A DNA stretch of 64,000 bases. It comes from an uncultured Spirochaetota bacterium (GTDB lineage Bacteria; Spirochaetota; Brevinematia; Brevinematales; JAOACQ01). A program made the position numbers and the translations under genes. The DNA lies in contig CAWIGG010000002.1 in assembly GCA_963835575.1 (NCBI GenBank), positions 32,001 to 96,000 on the forward strand, given 5' to 3'. Positions 49,925 through 60,475 of the stretch are shown here, piece by piece. A model generated the notes under the pieces. It was not told the DNA's origin. It did not search any database and was given only the letters and a program-made list of their open reading frames with translations. The number at the start of each line of letters is the position of its first letter. Within the stretch, counting starts at the first letter, position 1.

Positions 49925-50071
49925 GAGGGCGGCAGAGTTCAGCACTGGAATTAATGACTTTTTGAATATTTTTTACTTATCCCGCTTTGCGCTTTACAAT
50001 AATGGAATATAAAACATTTTCATACTATCTGCTTGGTCCGGTTAATACAATTTTATTAAGGAGTTCCTTTT

Positions 50072-52129
50072 ATGGCTGATAAAATCAAAAAAAGTATGGT
50101 TATCCTTTTTCTCTTTTTTCTAGTCTTTATACCGCTGGGCGGCGCTGAAAATATAAAGAAGGAAAAAGTCATCATGAATGAAGTGACAAAGGTCCTCAGG
50201 GAGCATTACAGCCGAGAGGCGCTGGACGACAATTTCTCAAAAAAGGCGTACGACCTCTTTATCAAGAACCTGGACTATAATAAAAGGTTCCTGCTTCAGG
50301 AGGACATTAAAAAATTGAACGAATATGAGACAAGGATGGCGGATGATTTTTCCCTTAAAAACACTGAAATCCTGGATGTATCAAAGGCTATAATGGACGA
50401 GAGGATACAGGAGATCAGGAAATACGCGAAAGAGCTTCTCGCTGAGCCGGTTGACCTGACAAGCGATGAATCCCTGGAAATGAACCAGAAAAAAAGGGAT
50501 TTCTGTAGGACAGCCGCGGAACAGAAAGAACTCTGGAGGAAATATCTTAAATATGAAGTCCTTTTTCAATACTATGATTTTATTTCCGTCAATTCGAATT
50601 TTAATTCCGAATTTCAGCCTGATATAGAAAAGAAAGCGCGCGCCAAGGTGGCTAAAAATATCGATCAGATCCTGGACAGGATGCAGAAGGAAAAGGAAGA
50701 AGACAGTTTTGACCGCTATCTTAATATCATCGCGGGATGTTTTGACCCGCATACATCATATATGCCCCCTGTTGATAAAAAAGATTTCGACATCGCCATC
50801 AGCGGCACTTTTGAGGGAATAGGGGCTTCGCTTAAGGAAGAAGGCGAATATATTAAAGTCGTGGATATCATACCGGGAAGCGCGGCATGGAGGCAGAACC
50901 TCTTAAAATCCGGCGATATTATTTTAAAAGTCGCGCAGGGCAAAGACGAACCTGTTGATGTTGTAAATATGCCGGTGAAGGATGTGGTCAAGATCATCCG
51001 CGGCCCGAAAGGCACCGAAGTGCGCCTGACGGTCAGGAAACCCGACGGGCAGATGACCGTGATACCCATTATCAGGGACAAGGTTGTTCTGGAAGACACT
51101 TATGTCAGGGCCGGAATAATCAATGACGAAAAATCGGGTAAAAAATACGGCTATATCTACCTGCCTTTATTTTACCGCGATTTTAACAATAAAAACGGAC
51201 GGAATGCCACCGACGATATGAGGCGCGAGCTTAAAGCGATGCAGGAAGAAAATGTTTCCGGCGTCATTTTTGACCTCAGAAACAACGGGGGAGGGGCGCT
51301 TGAGGACGCGATAAACATCGCCGGGCTTTTTATTGAAAGCGGGCCTGTTGTTCAGGTTAAAGACGGCGATGGAGATTCAAAGGTTTTCAATGATACTGAC
51401 AAAGGCATTGTCTATTCAGGGCCCCTTGTTGTTATGATCAATACTTTCAGCGCTTCGGCTTCCGAGATTGTCGCGGCCGCCCTGCAGGATTACGGGCGGG
51501 GCGTCATACTGGGCGGTCATACATTCGGAAAAGGCACGGTCCAGCAGATTGTCGACCTGGATAATCTGCTTTTCTTCAACGATTTCAAGCCCCTCGGAAG
51601 CGTCAAACTGACGGTGCAGAAATTCTACAGGATCAACGGCGATTCAACACAGCTTAAGGGCGTTACCGGGGACATTCCCATTCCCGATCTCTATGACGGC
51701 ATGGATGTCGGCGAAAAATCCCTGGATTATCCCCTGCCATGGGACACAACACAGGTCCAGAGCTATCCGAAATGGAACACTCCCTATAAACTGGATGATC
51801 TCAGGAATAAAAGCCGGGCCCGGATCCAGAAAAGCGAGATATTCAATCTGATCATTTCAAACTCAGGGCTTTTAAAACAGCAGATGGACCATCCCAGGCC
51901 GCTGCAGCTTGCAAAGTTTCTGGAAGAACAGAAAAACAGCCGTTTATTGGGCGAAAAGATCAACCGGCTTCTTGATGCGCTTTCTCTTTTGGATATAAAA
52001 GTTCCCGATGAAGTTAAAAAGGAAAAGGATTACGCGGATAGAAAAGATAAAATAGAATCTTACATTAAACTTCTTCAGAAGGATATTTACGTCCAGGAAG
52101 CGGTGAATGTTTTAAGTGATATAAAATAA
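50072..52129 (+). CDS. prc: Tail-specific protease (S41, Prc/Tsp type)
   Basis: HY...LDD.FS, FDPHTSY, IRGPKGTEVRL, SASASEIVAAALQDY, QKFYRINGDSTQ.KGV. Confidence 0.88.
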   Translation: MADKIKKSMVILFLFFLVFIPLGGAENIKKEKVIMNEVTKVLREHYSREALDDNFSKKAYDLFIKNLDYNKRFLLQEDIKKLNEYETRMADDFSLKNTEILDVSKAIMDERIQEIRKYAKELLAEPVDLTSDESLEMNQKKRDFCRTAAEQKELWRKYLKYEVLFQYYDFISVNSNFNSEFQPDIEKKARAKVAKNIDQILDRMQKEKEEDSFDRYLNIIAGCFDPHTSYMPPVDKKDFDIAISGTFEGIGASLKEEGEYIKVVDIIPGSAAWRQNLLKSGDIILKVAQGKDEPVDVVNMPVKDVVKIIRGPKGTEVRLTVRKPDGQMTVIPIIRDKVVLEDTYVRAGIINDEKSGKKYGYIYLPLFYRDFNNKNGRNATDDMRRELKAMQEENVSGVIFDLRNNGGGALEDAINIAGLFIESGPVVQVKDGDGDSKVFNDTDKGIVYSGPLVVMINTFSASASEIVAAALQDYGRGVILGGHTFGKGTVQQIVDLDNLLFFNDFKPLGSVKLTVQKFYRINGDSTQLKGVTGDIPIPDLYDGMDVGEKSLDYPLPWDTTQVQSYPKWNTPYKLDDLRNKSRARIQKSEIFNLIISNSGLLKQQMDHPRPLQLAKFLEEQKNSRLLGEKINRLLDALSLLDIKVPDEVKKEKDYADRKDKIESYIKLLQKDIYVQEAVNVLSDIK

Positions 52130-52141
52130 ATGATCTGAATG

Positions 52142-52182
52142 AAATAAAATCCCCCCGCGCTTCGCGCGGGGGGATTTTATTT
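52142..52182. terminator. Bidirectional intrinsic terminator
   Basis: AAATAAAATCCCCCCGCGC TTC GCGCGGGGGGATTTTATTT between convergent genes. Confidence 0.88.
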
Positions 52183-52190
52183 TTATATGT

Positions 52191-55079
52191 CTATTTGATT
52201 ACAACGGGGAAATCGGGAATTGTCTGCGGCTTTGTCGTGGAAGGGGTTTGCGCGCCTTTTGTCAATTCCTTTACCCTTTCTGAAATATAGAGGTCAATCA
52301 TATTAACGGTTATCTTTCCCTTTCCGGTATAATCCGCCTTACCGTTGACGGCCTCGATCAGGGCCTTGGTAAAAGCGCCGTTGCCCCAGGCGTCGGATTC
52401 GAGCGAGAACTGGTTCCCGGTCGAAGATGTGAAAACAACCGCGCCGTTTTCCACGGCGGCCAATTCGTTGACGATGCCGTTGATATCGACAAGGCCCTTG
52501 CGGGAGCCCATTACATTGCCGGAATGGCAGGCGTCGACAAAAAAGATCGTCTTGCCGGAGATGCTCGCGATGGTATTTTTGATGTCTGAAAAGGCGACGC
52601 CCGATCTTTTGAGCTTGTCCAGGTCGACATTAACGGGCAGGTAGTAGAAAAACCCGTTGGGGTCGTTGACGCCATGCCCGGAAAGGAAGACCATCGCCAC
52701 GTCCTTGCTGGTCGTTTCCTTCTGGATCCAGTCCAGTGCGTCCAGTATGTTGTCCTTTGTGGCATCCTCGTCCGTCACGACCTTTTCGACCACATCGCGG
52801 TACAGCCCACCTTTCTGCTTTAACATGGCATTCGCGAAATCTTTCGCGTCTTTTGCCGGGTATTTCAGCTGAATGTCTTTATTCTGATAGCGGCTGACGC
52901 CGATGGCCAGAATATAGAGCTTCGGTTTTATGATGAACTCGTCTTCCGTTTTTTTGCCTTTATAATTCACCTTGATGATGGCCGGCTCGCTCCAGCTGTT
53001 GTCATTTTTGGCGAGGACGGATATTTCGCTTTCTCCTTCAGGGACCGTGACGCTCACGGTTTTGGTGTCGCCTTCCCTTTTAACGGGCTTGATGGTCAGG
53101 CCTTTCATATTATTGACCACCGGACGGCCGTTGACAAGGGTTTTGATTTCCGATACGGTTGTGTTTTCCGGAGTCCTGACCGAGATTTCTAATTCAAACG
53201 TTGGATTGTCGATGGTCGTCCCGCTGTCGGGATTGAGTATTGTCACAACAGGCGGAAGGAGCTCTTTGACCTCGGTGGACGTTGTTCTTATATTCTTGTC
53301 CGCATTGGCCGCATCGAGGGCTTTTGCCTCAAAATCCGTATCATTAACATAATTCAGGACAAGAGGGATGATATCGGGCCGGTAGAATTTATTGGCAAAG
53401 CGGCTTGCGGAATAGAAATCGGCCGCCTTATCGATGCCGTTATTGATGTGCCAGCCGATGAGGTTATCGCCGCCCGTGGAACAGTCGTAATAGCCGGAAG
53501 GCGTCCACAGCACCCATTTTTTTGTGACGCTGTTAATGTAGAGCGTATAGAGCTCATGCCCGTCTTTCAGGCGGTACCAGTGGATCGTTCCGTCGCCGAG
53601 CGCGGCCGCGCAGACGTCTTTAGAGCGGGCGATATTGATGGACCATACCGTTGCCGGAACAGGCGTCTTCCATACCTGTGTTCCGCTGTTATCAACATAA
53701 TAAAGGTTCCAGTCCGCTCCGAAAAGGACATATTCGCCCGACGGATGAACCGCATAGCACCGTGAAAGCTCATAATCATCCAGGAATGTCAGCTTTTTTC
53801 CGTTCAGTTTGGGCTTTATGGTATTTTTCCAGTCGGTCACATCAACACCGTCCATACTGTCGATGGGTGAAAGGTAATCGGATTTTTCCGCGAGAAGCTT
53901 CCTGTCCGTGATTGTGAATGTATAGGTTGAGTCGCCGACGGGCGTAAAACTGATGCCGCCGCCGTCATCGCTCATTTTCAAATGCGTTGTATCGCTTGAA
54001 TTAAGGGAGAATGTTTCTCCCCTGTTATAGACGAGTTTTTTGCCGTTCGGGTCCATTCTGCCCCAATCCGGCGTATATCCGCTGTAAATGATCGTGTCGT
54101 CGGGAAGGCATTTCATGTCAAGGATCGTGTTATAAGCCGCGGAGAAATCCTCATAGCTTCCCTTTCCGCCGTTTGACCATTTGCGGATCTGGTACCACCA
54201 CTCGTTATCCACCTTCAGGACATATTTTCCGCCCGAATAGAGAATGCTTCCGTCCTGCGACCAGCAGACCTTGCTCAGGTTGTAATAGTCGGTGGCGCCC
54301 GAACAGTCCGGCTCATAAAGGACTGAAAGGTCGGAGGCGTCCAGCACCTGTATCCGGTTATAATCGCTGTACCCGACGCCGATTTTTTTACCGTCGGGCG
54401 AGAAGGCCACATTATATGCCTGTTTGCCGCCGGTCAGCTTTCCGGTCAGGACCGGCTTCGGCAGTTTATTCAAATCATAAAGGCGGATCTTTCCGTCATA
54501 GGAAACCGTGACAAAGAGCTTATTTTTATAAAAACTGCATTTATTGACATTGTCCTCGTATCCGTCCAGATGGATTTCCTTCCAGCCTGATGTCTCAAAG
54601 AGGGACACGCCCGCGTCTCTTCCCAGGCAGGCGGCAAGGTATTTACCGTCGGGGGAGAACCTGAGGTCGTTGATGGCGTTGCCGAGATCGGGAAGTTTCC
54701 GGATCATTTCTCCCGTTGAAGCGTTGAATAAATAGATGATATTTTTTTTGAACCAGTCATAACCCGTCCAGCCGCCTACCGCGATGATCTTTCCGTCGGG
54801 GGAAATCGCGCATGAATAAAGGAGGCCTTCGTTTTCCGTATCGATCGGCGGACGGTAGATGCGGATCAGGTCCCCGGTCCTGGCGTCCCAGAGCCTGGCT
54901 GTCTTGTCTTCGGAGGCCGTTACGACATATCTGCCTTTCGCGTCGGTATCCAGCCTTAATATCCTTGCCGTGTGCATCGTCGTATTGATGCGGAGCATCG
55001 GTTTGGACGTGATATCTTTAGCGTACGCGGCCAGACCTGCTGCCATGACAAGCGATATGATAATGAATTTTTTTAACAT
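52191..55079 (-). CDS. Secreted WD40-repeat protein with C-terminal caspase-like (peptidase C14) domain
   Basis: Signal peptide; WD repeats (TASEDKTARLWD, FSPDGK); LAIGVS.Y, FLSGHG, FVDACHSG. Confidence 0.88.
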   Translation of the reverse strand: MLKKFIIISLVMAAGLAAYAKDITSKPMLRINTTMHTARILRLDTDAKGRYVVTASEDKTARLWDARTGDLIRIYRPPIDTENEGLLYSCAISPDGKIIAVGGWTGYDWFKKNIIYLFNASTGEMIRKLPDLGNAINDLRFSPDGKYLAACLGRDAGVSLFETSGWKEIHLDGYEDNVNKCSFYKNKLFVTVSYDGKIRLYDLNKLPKPVLTGKLTGGKQAYNVAFSPDGKKIGVGYSDYNRIQVLDASDLSVLYEPDCSGATDYYNLSKVCWSQDGSILYSGGKYVLKVDNEWWYQIRKWSNGGKGSYEDFSAAYNTILDMKCLPDDTIIYSGYTPDWGRMDPNGKKLVYNRGETFSLNSSDTTHLKMSDDGGGISFTPVGDSTYTFTITDRKLLAEKSDYLSPIDSMDGVDVTDWKNTIKPKLNGKKLTFLDDYELSRCYAVHPSGEYVLFGADWNLYYVDNSGTQVWKTPVPATVWSINIARSKDVCAAALGDGTIHWYRLKDGHELYTLYINSVTKKWVLWTPSGYYDCSTGGDNLIGWHINNGIDKAADFYSASRFANKFYRPDIIPLVLNYVNDTDFEAKALDAANADKNIRTTSTEVKELLPPVVTILNPDSGTTIDNPTFELEISVRTPENTTVSEIKTLVNGRPVVNNMKGLTIKPVKREGDTKTVSVTVPEGESEISVLAKNDNSWSEPAIIKVNYKGKKTEDEFIIKPKLYILAIGVSRYQNKDIQLKYPAKDAKDFANAMLKQKGGLYRDVVEKVVTDEDATKDNILDALDWIQKETTSKDVAMVFLSGHGVNDPNGFFYYLPVNVDLDKLKRSGVAFSDIKNTIASISGKTIFFVDACHSGNVMGSRKGLVDINGIVNELAAVENGAVVFTSSTGNQFSLESDAWGNGAFTKALIEAVNGKADYTGKGKITVNMIDLYISERVKELTKGAQTPSTTKPQTIPDFPVVIK

Positions 55080-55172
55080 AATAATCCCCCTCTGCAGATT
55101 GAAATGTATTTCATTTATTTTAAGGCAAAGGTAAATATAGTCAAGGGTTTGAAAAAAGGGGCATTTATTATT

Positions 55173-55571
55173 TGACCACAAGTTCTGCAGGATTAATCAA
55201 GATTTGCAGGATTGGAGATTTTCCTTTTAGTTATCAAAAGATTAAGTTGGATCTAATAATCCGCTAATGCACGCGAATAAACGCGAATAAGGGATTTAAG
55301 AAATTTATAGTAATACTTGGTACTCTTTGAGTCTTTGTGGTAGGGGAAAAAGTATATTGAAACGCTAATTGACTCAGAGAGTAATTGAAATATCTGGCAA
55401 AGCAAATTTTATCTTAGCGTGTCTTAGCGTGGCTTCGCGGAAGATTCAGAAGCGGAACCAGGAAAATTTGATAAGTGTTTCTTGATGATATTCATGTCTG
55501 AGGTAAATTTAAAGATTTTACATTAAACTCTAAATTTCATTATCCTGAAAATCCTGATAAATTGGGGTCGC
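55173..55571. repeat. ~400-bp composite element, inverted homologue of 45532-45932
   Basis: Colinear reverse-complement similarity with the first copy, including the REP bracket at 55258-55445. Confidence 0.8.
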
Positions 55572-55590
55572 TATAATAAGCCTTCAAGAA

Positions 55591-56325
55591 TTATTTTAAA
55601 TTATGTTTTTTTAAGAACTTACTGTCCTTCAGGATTTCCCGGGAACTCCCCTGACGGATGATCTTATGATCTTCGGAGAAAACGATAGTATTTTCAAATA
55701 CCCCTTCAATGTATTCGAACTCATGGGTGGCGCAGATGATGGTCTTGCCTGAATCGCGGATTTCTATGAGAAGTTCCTTCAGGAAGCGTTTGGTTTTAGG
55801 GTCAAGCCCGTCCATCGGCTCGTCAAGAGTGAGGACATCGGGGTTCAGGGAAAGGACCGAGGCGATGGCCACCTTTTTCTTCTCCCCTTCGCTGAGGTGG
55901 TAGGGTTCGCGGTGCTTGAGATGCCCGATCCCGAGCATTTCCAGGCAGTCATTGACCCGGCGCCGGACTTCAGCCTCGTCCAGGAGCATCTGCCTGGGGC
56001 CGAAGGCGATCTCCTCATAAACGTTAGGGCAGAAGAGCTGGGCGTCGGAATTCTGAAAAACAAGGCCGATCCGCTTGTGGAACTGTTTTGAAAAAACGCC
56101 TCCGCTTAATTTTTTGGGATCGATCCGCACTCCGTCAAATTGATAGGAGCCTGAATCGGGAAAAACGATGCCGTTAATGATCTTCAGCAATGTGGATTTG
56201 CCGCTCCCGTTGGGACCGATCAAAGCTGCGGAATCCCCTTCCGGTATTTCAAGATTGATCCCGGCCAGGGCTTTGTTTTCTTTATAAGTATAATTGACAT
56301 TCTGTAATTTTATCAGTTTTTTCAT
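55591..56325 (-). CDS. ECF Ni/Co transporter ATPase (CbiO/NikO)
   Basis: GPNGSGKST, VFQNSDAQLF, LSEGEKKKVAIA, LDEP. Confidence 0.9.
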   Translation of the reverse strand: MKKLIKLQNVNYTYKENKALAGINLEIPEGDSAALIGPNGSGKSTLLKIINGIVFPDSGSYQFDGVRIDPKKLSGGVFSKQFHKRIGLVFQNSDAQLFCPNVYEEIAFGPRQMLLDEAEVRRRVNDCLEMLGIGHLKHREPYHLSEGEKKKVAIASVLSLNPDVLTLDEPMDGLDPKTKRFLKELLIEIRDSGKTIICATHEFEYIEGVFENTIVFSEDHKIIRQGSSREILKDSKFLKKHNLK

Positions 56326-56345
56326 AAATATTTCCTGTAAGGCAG

Positions 56346-57137
56346 TTATTTAAAGAAAAAAAATGCTGAGATCAGGAGAATGTTTGCCGGTATATATATA
56401 TAATCCATTGTATTAAAATGATTTTTCCCATAAATAGTATAATGCCCGTCAAAACCCCGGCATTCCATGGCTGAATAGGTCAGTTCGGCCATTTCTTTCG
56501 ATTTCAGGAACAATCCCCCCATAAGGTTGGAAAGCGACTGGTATTTCCGGTTGTTCCTGCCTATGGACCGGAGCTTGAGGGCATAGAGCATATTTACGGA
56601 ATATTCTCCCAGAATGACAATATATTTGATGGTGATATCAAGAACAAGAATAAAAATATCAGGAATATGGAAAACCTTCATTGAGCGCGTGATATGGCTC
56701 CATTTTGTGGAATTGGCCAGAATATTAACGGCCGCGACAGACCCGGTGATCTTTAAGAAAAGCATCATGCTGTTATTTCTGTTCCCGGCCAGGACAGAGG
56801 GGAGTAAAATCAGGACAGAGAAAAAACCGACAGTCAGTGTTATGAGAGCCGTTTTCTTTATGTCTTTCAGCTCCAGAAAACCTAAAGTAAGAAGGAAATA
56901 AGCGCAAATGAGCATAATAAAGTTAAAGCTCTGAGATAATGAAAGGAGCAGCACCGATAAAAAAGTAAAGGCAGACTTCAAAGCCGGATTAAGGCGGTAA
57001 AAGAATCCCGAAGCGAGATTGCCCCCCCGTCTGATTCGCGAGAGAACGCTAAGGACCGACAGCAGGCTTTTATCTATAAAGCTGTCCTTATCGGCGGGCG
57101 GTAAATAGCTGTCCTTTTTCATCAGCCATTCTGTCAT
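56346..57137 (-). CDS. ECF Ni/Co transporter T component (CbiQ/NikQ)
   Basis: TM helices; ALKLRS, AMECRGF.G. Confidence 0.87.
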   Translation of the reverse strand: MTEWLMKKDSYLPPADKDSFIDKSLLSVLSVLSRIRRGGNLASGFFYRLNPALKSAFTFLSVLLLSLSQSFNFIMLICAYFLLTLGFLELKDIKKTALITLTVGFFSVLILLPSVLAGNRNNSMMLFLKITGSVAAVNILANSTKWSHITRSMKVFHIPDIFILVLDITIKYIVILGEYSVNMLYALKLRSIGRNNRKYQSLSNLMGGLFLKSKEMAELTYSAMECRGFDGHYTIYGKNHFNTMDYIYIPANILLISAFFFFK

Positions 57138-57299
57138 ATTGCCTCCAGGCAGTAAATAGAATAATAATTATACATTCTTAAGGCAAAAAGGCGCAAGAAT
57201 AGAGGTTGTCGGTTAAAAAATTATACCTGCCCTGAATAAGCAAAGCGTATTGATGGATGATCTCAGTAGTTATATTCTCCCAACCCGTTTTCATTTTCC

Positions 57300-57360
57300 T
57301 TCGCGTGACTTAGCGTGGCTTAGCGGAAGACCAACGGATAATCCGCTAATACACGCGAAT
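57300..57360. repeat. REP right-end/left-end junction
   Basis: TTAGCGTGGCTTAGCGGAAGA-CC-AACGGATAATCCGCTAATACACGCGAAT. Confidence 0.75.
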
Positions 57361-57404
57361 AAGTGATTATTGTTTTTTACACCCTTCATGGTTATTCCTA
57401 GAAC

Positions 57405-57586
57405 TTTATTATAGGGCAGTTCTAAAAACTCATATTTTTAGAACTGCTGACATTGTTTTGATTCATGCAACTGCTAAGTTTGCTTTGCAAACTCCACGCA
57501 GTAGCGTCATTTACATTAACCAAAAAGTTTTTATAACCGGGGCAGTTCCTAAAAACTTAAGGTTTTTGGAACTGCCCTATAATAAA
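57405..57586. repeat. MITE-like element with 18-bp TIR and a hairpin at each end
   Basis: TTTATTATAGGGCAGTTC / GAACTGCCCTATAATAAA. Confidence 0.75.
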
Positions 57587-57612
57587 AACCTATAGAATGA
57601 ATCAATTCAGGT

Positions 57613-58605
57613 TTATTTATTTTTGACAGGTTCTTTTTTGCGTAACAGAGACGAAAAGATCTTGAAAATAATCAGAAGGACCGCTATCCCGGCTACTGCG
57701 GAAATAATATATCCCGCAATATCATTTTTTATCACCGGCAGGTTATAATCCGGAAGCGGGGTTTTAAGCTCAAATCCTTTTGTCATACCCGGAGGAATAA
57801 ATCCGAAAAGTTTTCTCAATTCTCCCGAGGTCCATTCGCCCCATGCCGTTCCGGAGGCGATAAGCCCCAGCGGCGTAAGCACCGTCAGGACGGCTAAAAG
57901 GATGTAAAGAGGGCTGAAGCGCATTTTCTGATCGCTGTCGGCATGGATGATTTCAGGCGAGACCCTTTTAACATATGCCAGAACGCCGACTGTTATGAAC
58001 GCGTCAACCAGGCCGGCAACTAAAAGATGCGGTATCATCATCGCCGGGATGGAGACATTGAGCGGATAGGGACAGTAAAGCGGCAGACCGGCGGCGTCCT
58101 TGAAAAGCAGGGGCTGGATGCCGAACTCCACGGCGGCGAAAAACGCGGCAATGTTGATTGCGATGTAGCTTGCAACAAAAGCGCTGATGTATCCGGCCTT
58201 TTCGCTTTTCCAGAGCTTTTTTATCATATTGTAAATGAAATATCCCGCGAATGGAATGACAAAAGCCATATTGAAGCAGTTCGCGCCGAAAGCCAGGATG
58301 CCGCCGTCGCCGAACAGAAGGGCCTGGATCAGCAGGGCCGTCGATACGGCGATTGCCGCGGCGTACGGTCCCATCAATATGGCTATGAGCGTCGCGCCGA
58401 CGGCATGCCCGGTGGTGCCGCCGGGCAGGGGTATATTAAACATCATGATCAGAAAAGAAAAAGCGGCGGAAATCCCGAGAAGCGGGATTTTTTTTGCCGA
58501 GATTTCTTCCCTTACTTTTTTTACCGCGATGGCCCAGACCGGGACCATTATGGCCCCCATCACGGCGCAGGTTTGCGGGCTGAGATAATTGTCGGGGATA
58601 TGCAT
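57613..58605 (-). CDS. ECF Ni/Co transporter substrate component (fused NikMN/CbiMN type)
   Basis: N-terminal MHIPD metal-binding motif, GGTTGHAVG, QALLFGDGG, TAWGEW, PLPDY. Confidence 0.9.
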   Translation of the reverse strand: MHIPDNYLSPQTCAVMGAIMVPVWAIAVKKVREEISAKKIPLLGISAAFSFLIMMFNIPLPGGTTGHAVGATLIAILMGPYAAAIAVSTALLIQALLFGDGGILAFGANCFNMAFVIPFAGYFIYNMIKKLWKSEKAGYISAFVASYIAINIAAFFAAVEFGIQPLLFKDAAGLPLYCPYPLNVSIPAMMIPHLLVAGLVDAFITVGVLAYVKRVSPEIIHADSDQKMRFSPLYILLAVLTVLTPLGLIASGTAWGEWTSGELRKLFGFIPPGMTKGFELKTPLPDYNLPVIKNDIAGYIISAVAGIAVLLIIFKIFSSLLRKKEPVKNK

Positions 58606-58675
58606 AAAATTCGTTCCTGAATAAATTATATATTATAATTAAAAAATAAGTAATTATCAGGCTCGTCAGGAAACC

Positions 58676-58807
58676 GGGTAATCCGCTAATGCACGCGAAT
58701 AAAAGCTAATTCCTCATCCCGCCTCGAAAGGCTCGGCACCCTTCTCCAAATTTGGAGAGGGGACGGGGGTGAGGTATTGGCGTGAATTCGCGTGGCTTAG
58801 CGGAAGA
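58676..58807. repeat. REP bracket pair enclosing a CCTCATCCC/GGGGTGAGG hairpin
   Basis: Same outer ends as 21612 and 60476 with different cargo. Confidence 0.8.
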
Positions 58808-58873
58808 TTTGTTTTATACTGTTATTAATATAAAATTCATGGTATAATATTTTTCATTTTAAGAGGAAACACT

Positions 58874-59695
58874 ATGGATATTAACGAAAAATATAAGCGG
58901 TTAAAAGAAATCCTCCGCTCTTACAAAAAGGCGGCGGTCGCGTTTTCGGGCGGTGTGGACAGTACCTTTCTTGCGAAAGTTTGCCATGATGAGCTTGGCG
59001 AAAACTGCGCGGCGGTCACGCTTGTTTCATCCATGAACCCGAAAAGCGAAATGAAGGCGGCCGGAGAGATCGCGAAAAAAATCGGCGTCCGTCATTATAT
59101 TCTGAAAGATAGCCTTCTTGAGGAAGCCGTCAGTATGAATACGCCGGAGCGCTGTTACCATTGCAAGAAAATAGAATTTTCTAAGATAAAGAAAAAAGCT
59201 TCGGGGCTTGGGATAGATATAGTCCTGGACGGCTCCAACCAGGATGATCTTTCCGATTACAGGCCGGGCCTGCGGGCGCTCAGGGAAACCGGCATCAAAA
59301 GCCCCCTGCGGGAAGCGGGCCTGACGAAGGATGAGATACGCCTGCTTTCGAAAAAGCTCGGCCTGCCGACATGGAATAAGCCGGCTTTCGCGTGCCTCGC
59401 CTCACGTATCCCGTACGGCGAGAGGATCACCGGAGAAAAACTCGAGAGGGTCGAAAAGGCCGAGGATTTTCTCAGGAAGCTGGGCTTTATCCAGTTCCGC
59501 GTGAGGAGCCACCAGGACATGGCCAGGATTGAGATCAGTCCCGGGGAAAGGGTCAAAATGCTGGACATCAATCTGATGGACAGGGTATCAAAAAAACTGA
59601 AATCTTTCGGATTTGTCTATGTAGCCATGGAGCTTGAAGGCTACAGCATGGGGAGCCTGAACAGGGTTATTCAAAATAAGAGGAAAGCAAAATGA
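58874..59695 (+). CDS. larE: ATP-dependent sacrificial sulfur transferase
   Basis: AFSGGVDS, RCYHCK, DYRPG, ACLASRIPYG, RVR.H. Confidence 0.92.
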   Translation: MDINEKYKRLKEILRSYKKAAVAFSGGVDSTFLAKVCHDELGENCAAVTLVSSMNPKSEMKAAGEIAKKIGVRHYILKDSLLEEAVSMNTPERCYHCKKIEFSKIKKKASGLGIDIVLDGSNQDDLSDYRPGLRALRETGIKSPLREAGLTKDEIRLLSKKLGLPTWNKPAFACLASRIPYGERITGEKLERVEKAEDFLRKLGFIQFRVRSHQDMARIEISPGERVKMLDINLMDRVSKKLKSFGFVYVAMELEGYSMGSLNRVIQNKRKAK

Positions 59696-60456
59696 ACAAC
59701 AGGGAATTAAAAAAACTTCTTGCATCCATCAAAAGCGGCGATATGACTTTGGAAGACGCCATGCAGAAGATCAAACAGCTGACGTTTGTCGATCTTGAAT
59801 TCGCCAAGATCGATACGCATAGGGAAATCCGGACCGGGTTCCCCGAAGTCATTTTCTGCTCCGGCAAGACAATTCCCCAGATCAAAGCCATTGCCGCCAA
59901 AATGACGGAAAGAAAGATCAATATTCTGGCAAGCCGCGCGGGCGAGGATGTTTATGAAGCTCTGAAGCCGGATTTTAAAAACTGCGAGTATTATCCCGAA
60001 GCGCGGACCCTCTTTATCAAAAATACGGAACTTCATGCCGGTAAAAGCGTGATCCTGGTGGCATCCGGGGGAACGGCCGACATTCCCGTTGCGGAAGAGG
60101 CCGCTGTAACGGCGGAAAAGCTCGGGAACACCGTGGAAAGGCTGTATGATGTCGGCGTCGCGGGAATGCACCGCCTGCTTAATCATTCCGATAAGCTGGA
60201 AAAAGCGAGCGTGATCATAGCCGTGGCCGGGATGGAAGGCGCCCTGGCCAGCGTCATCGGCGGCCTGACCGATAAGCCTGTGATTGCCGTGCCGACGAGC
60301 ATAGGCTACGGCGCGAGCTTCGGCGGATTGGCCGCGCTCCTCTCGATGCTCAACAGCTGCGCGGGCGGCGTCGGCGTGGTGAATATCGATAACGGCTTCG
60401 GCGCGGCGTTCCTGGCCGCCAAGATCGTCCGGCAGATTGAAAAAGTCGGTAAATAA
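59692..60456 (+). CDS. larB: Nickel-pincer cofactor biosynthesis carboxylase/hydrolase
   Basis: D.HR..RTGFPEVIF, DVGVAG.HRL, AGMEGAL, AVPTSIGYG, VVNIDNGFGAA. Confidence 0.95.
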   Translation: MNNRELKKLLASIKSGDMTLEDAMQKIKQLTFVDLEFAKIDTHREIRTGFPEVIFCSGKTIPQIKAIAAKMTERKINILASRAGEDVYEALKPDFKNCEYYPEARTLFIKNTELHAGKSVILVASGGTADIPVAEEAAVTAEKLGNTVERLYDVGVAGMHRLLNHSDKLEKASVIIAVAGMEGALASVIGGLTDKPVIAVPTSIGYGASFGGLAALLSMLNSCAGGVGVVNIDNGFGAAFLAAKIVRQIEKVGK

Positions 60457-60475
60457 TCTGAATTTGGGAAAATCG

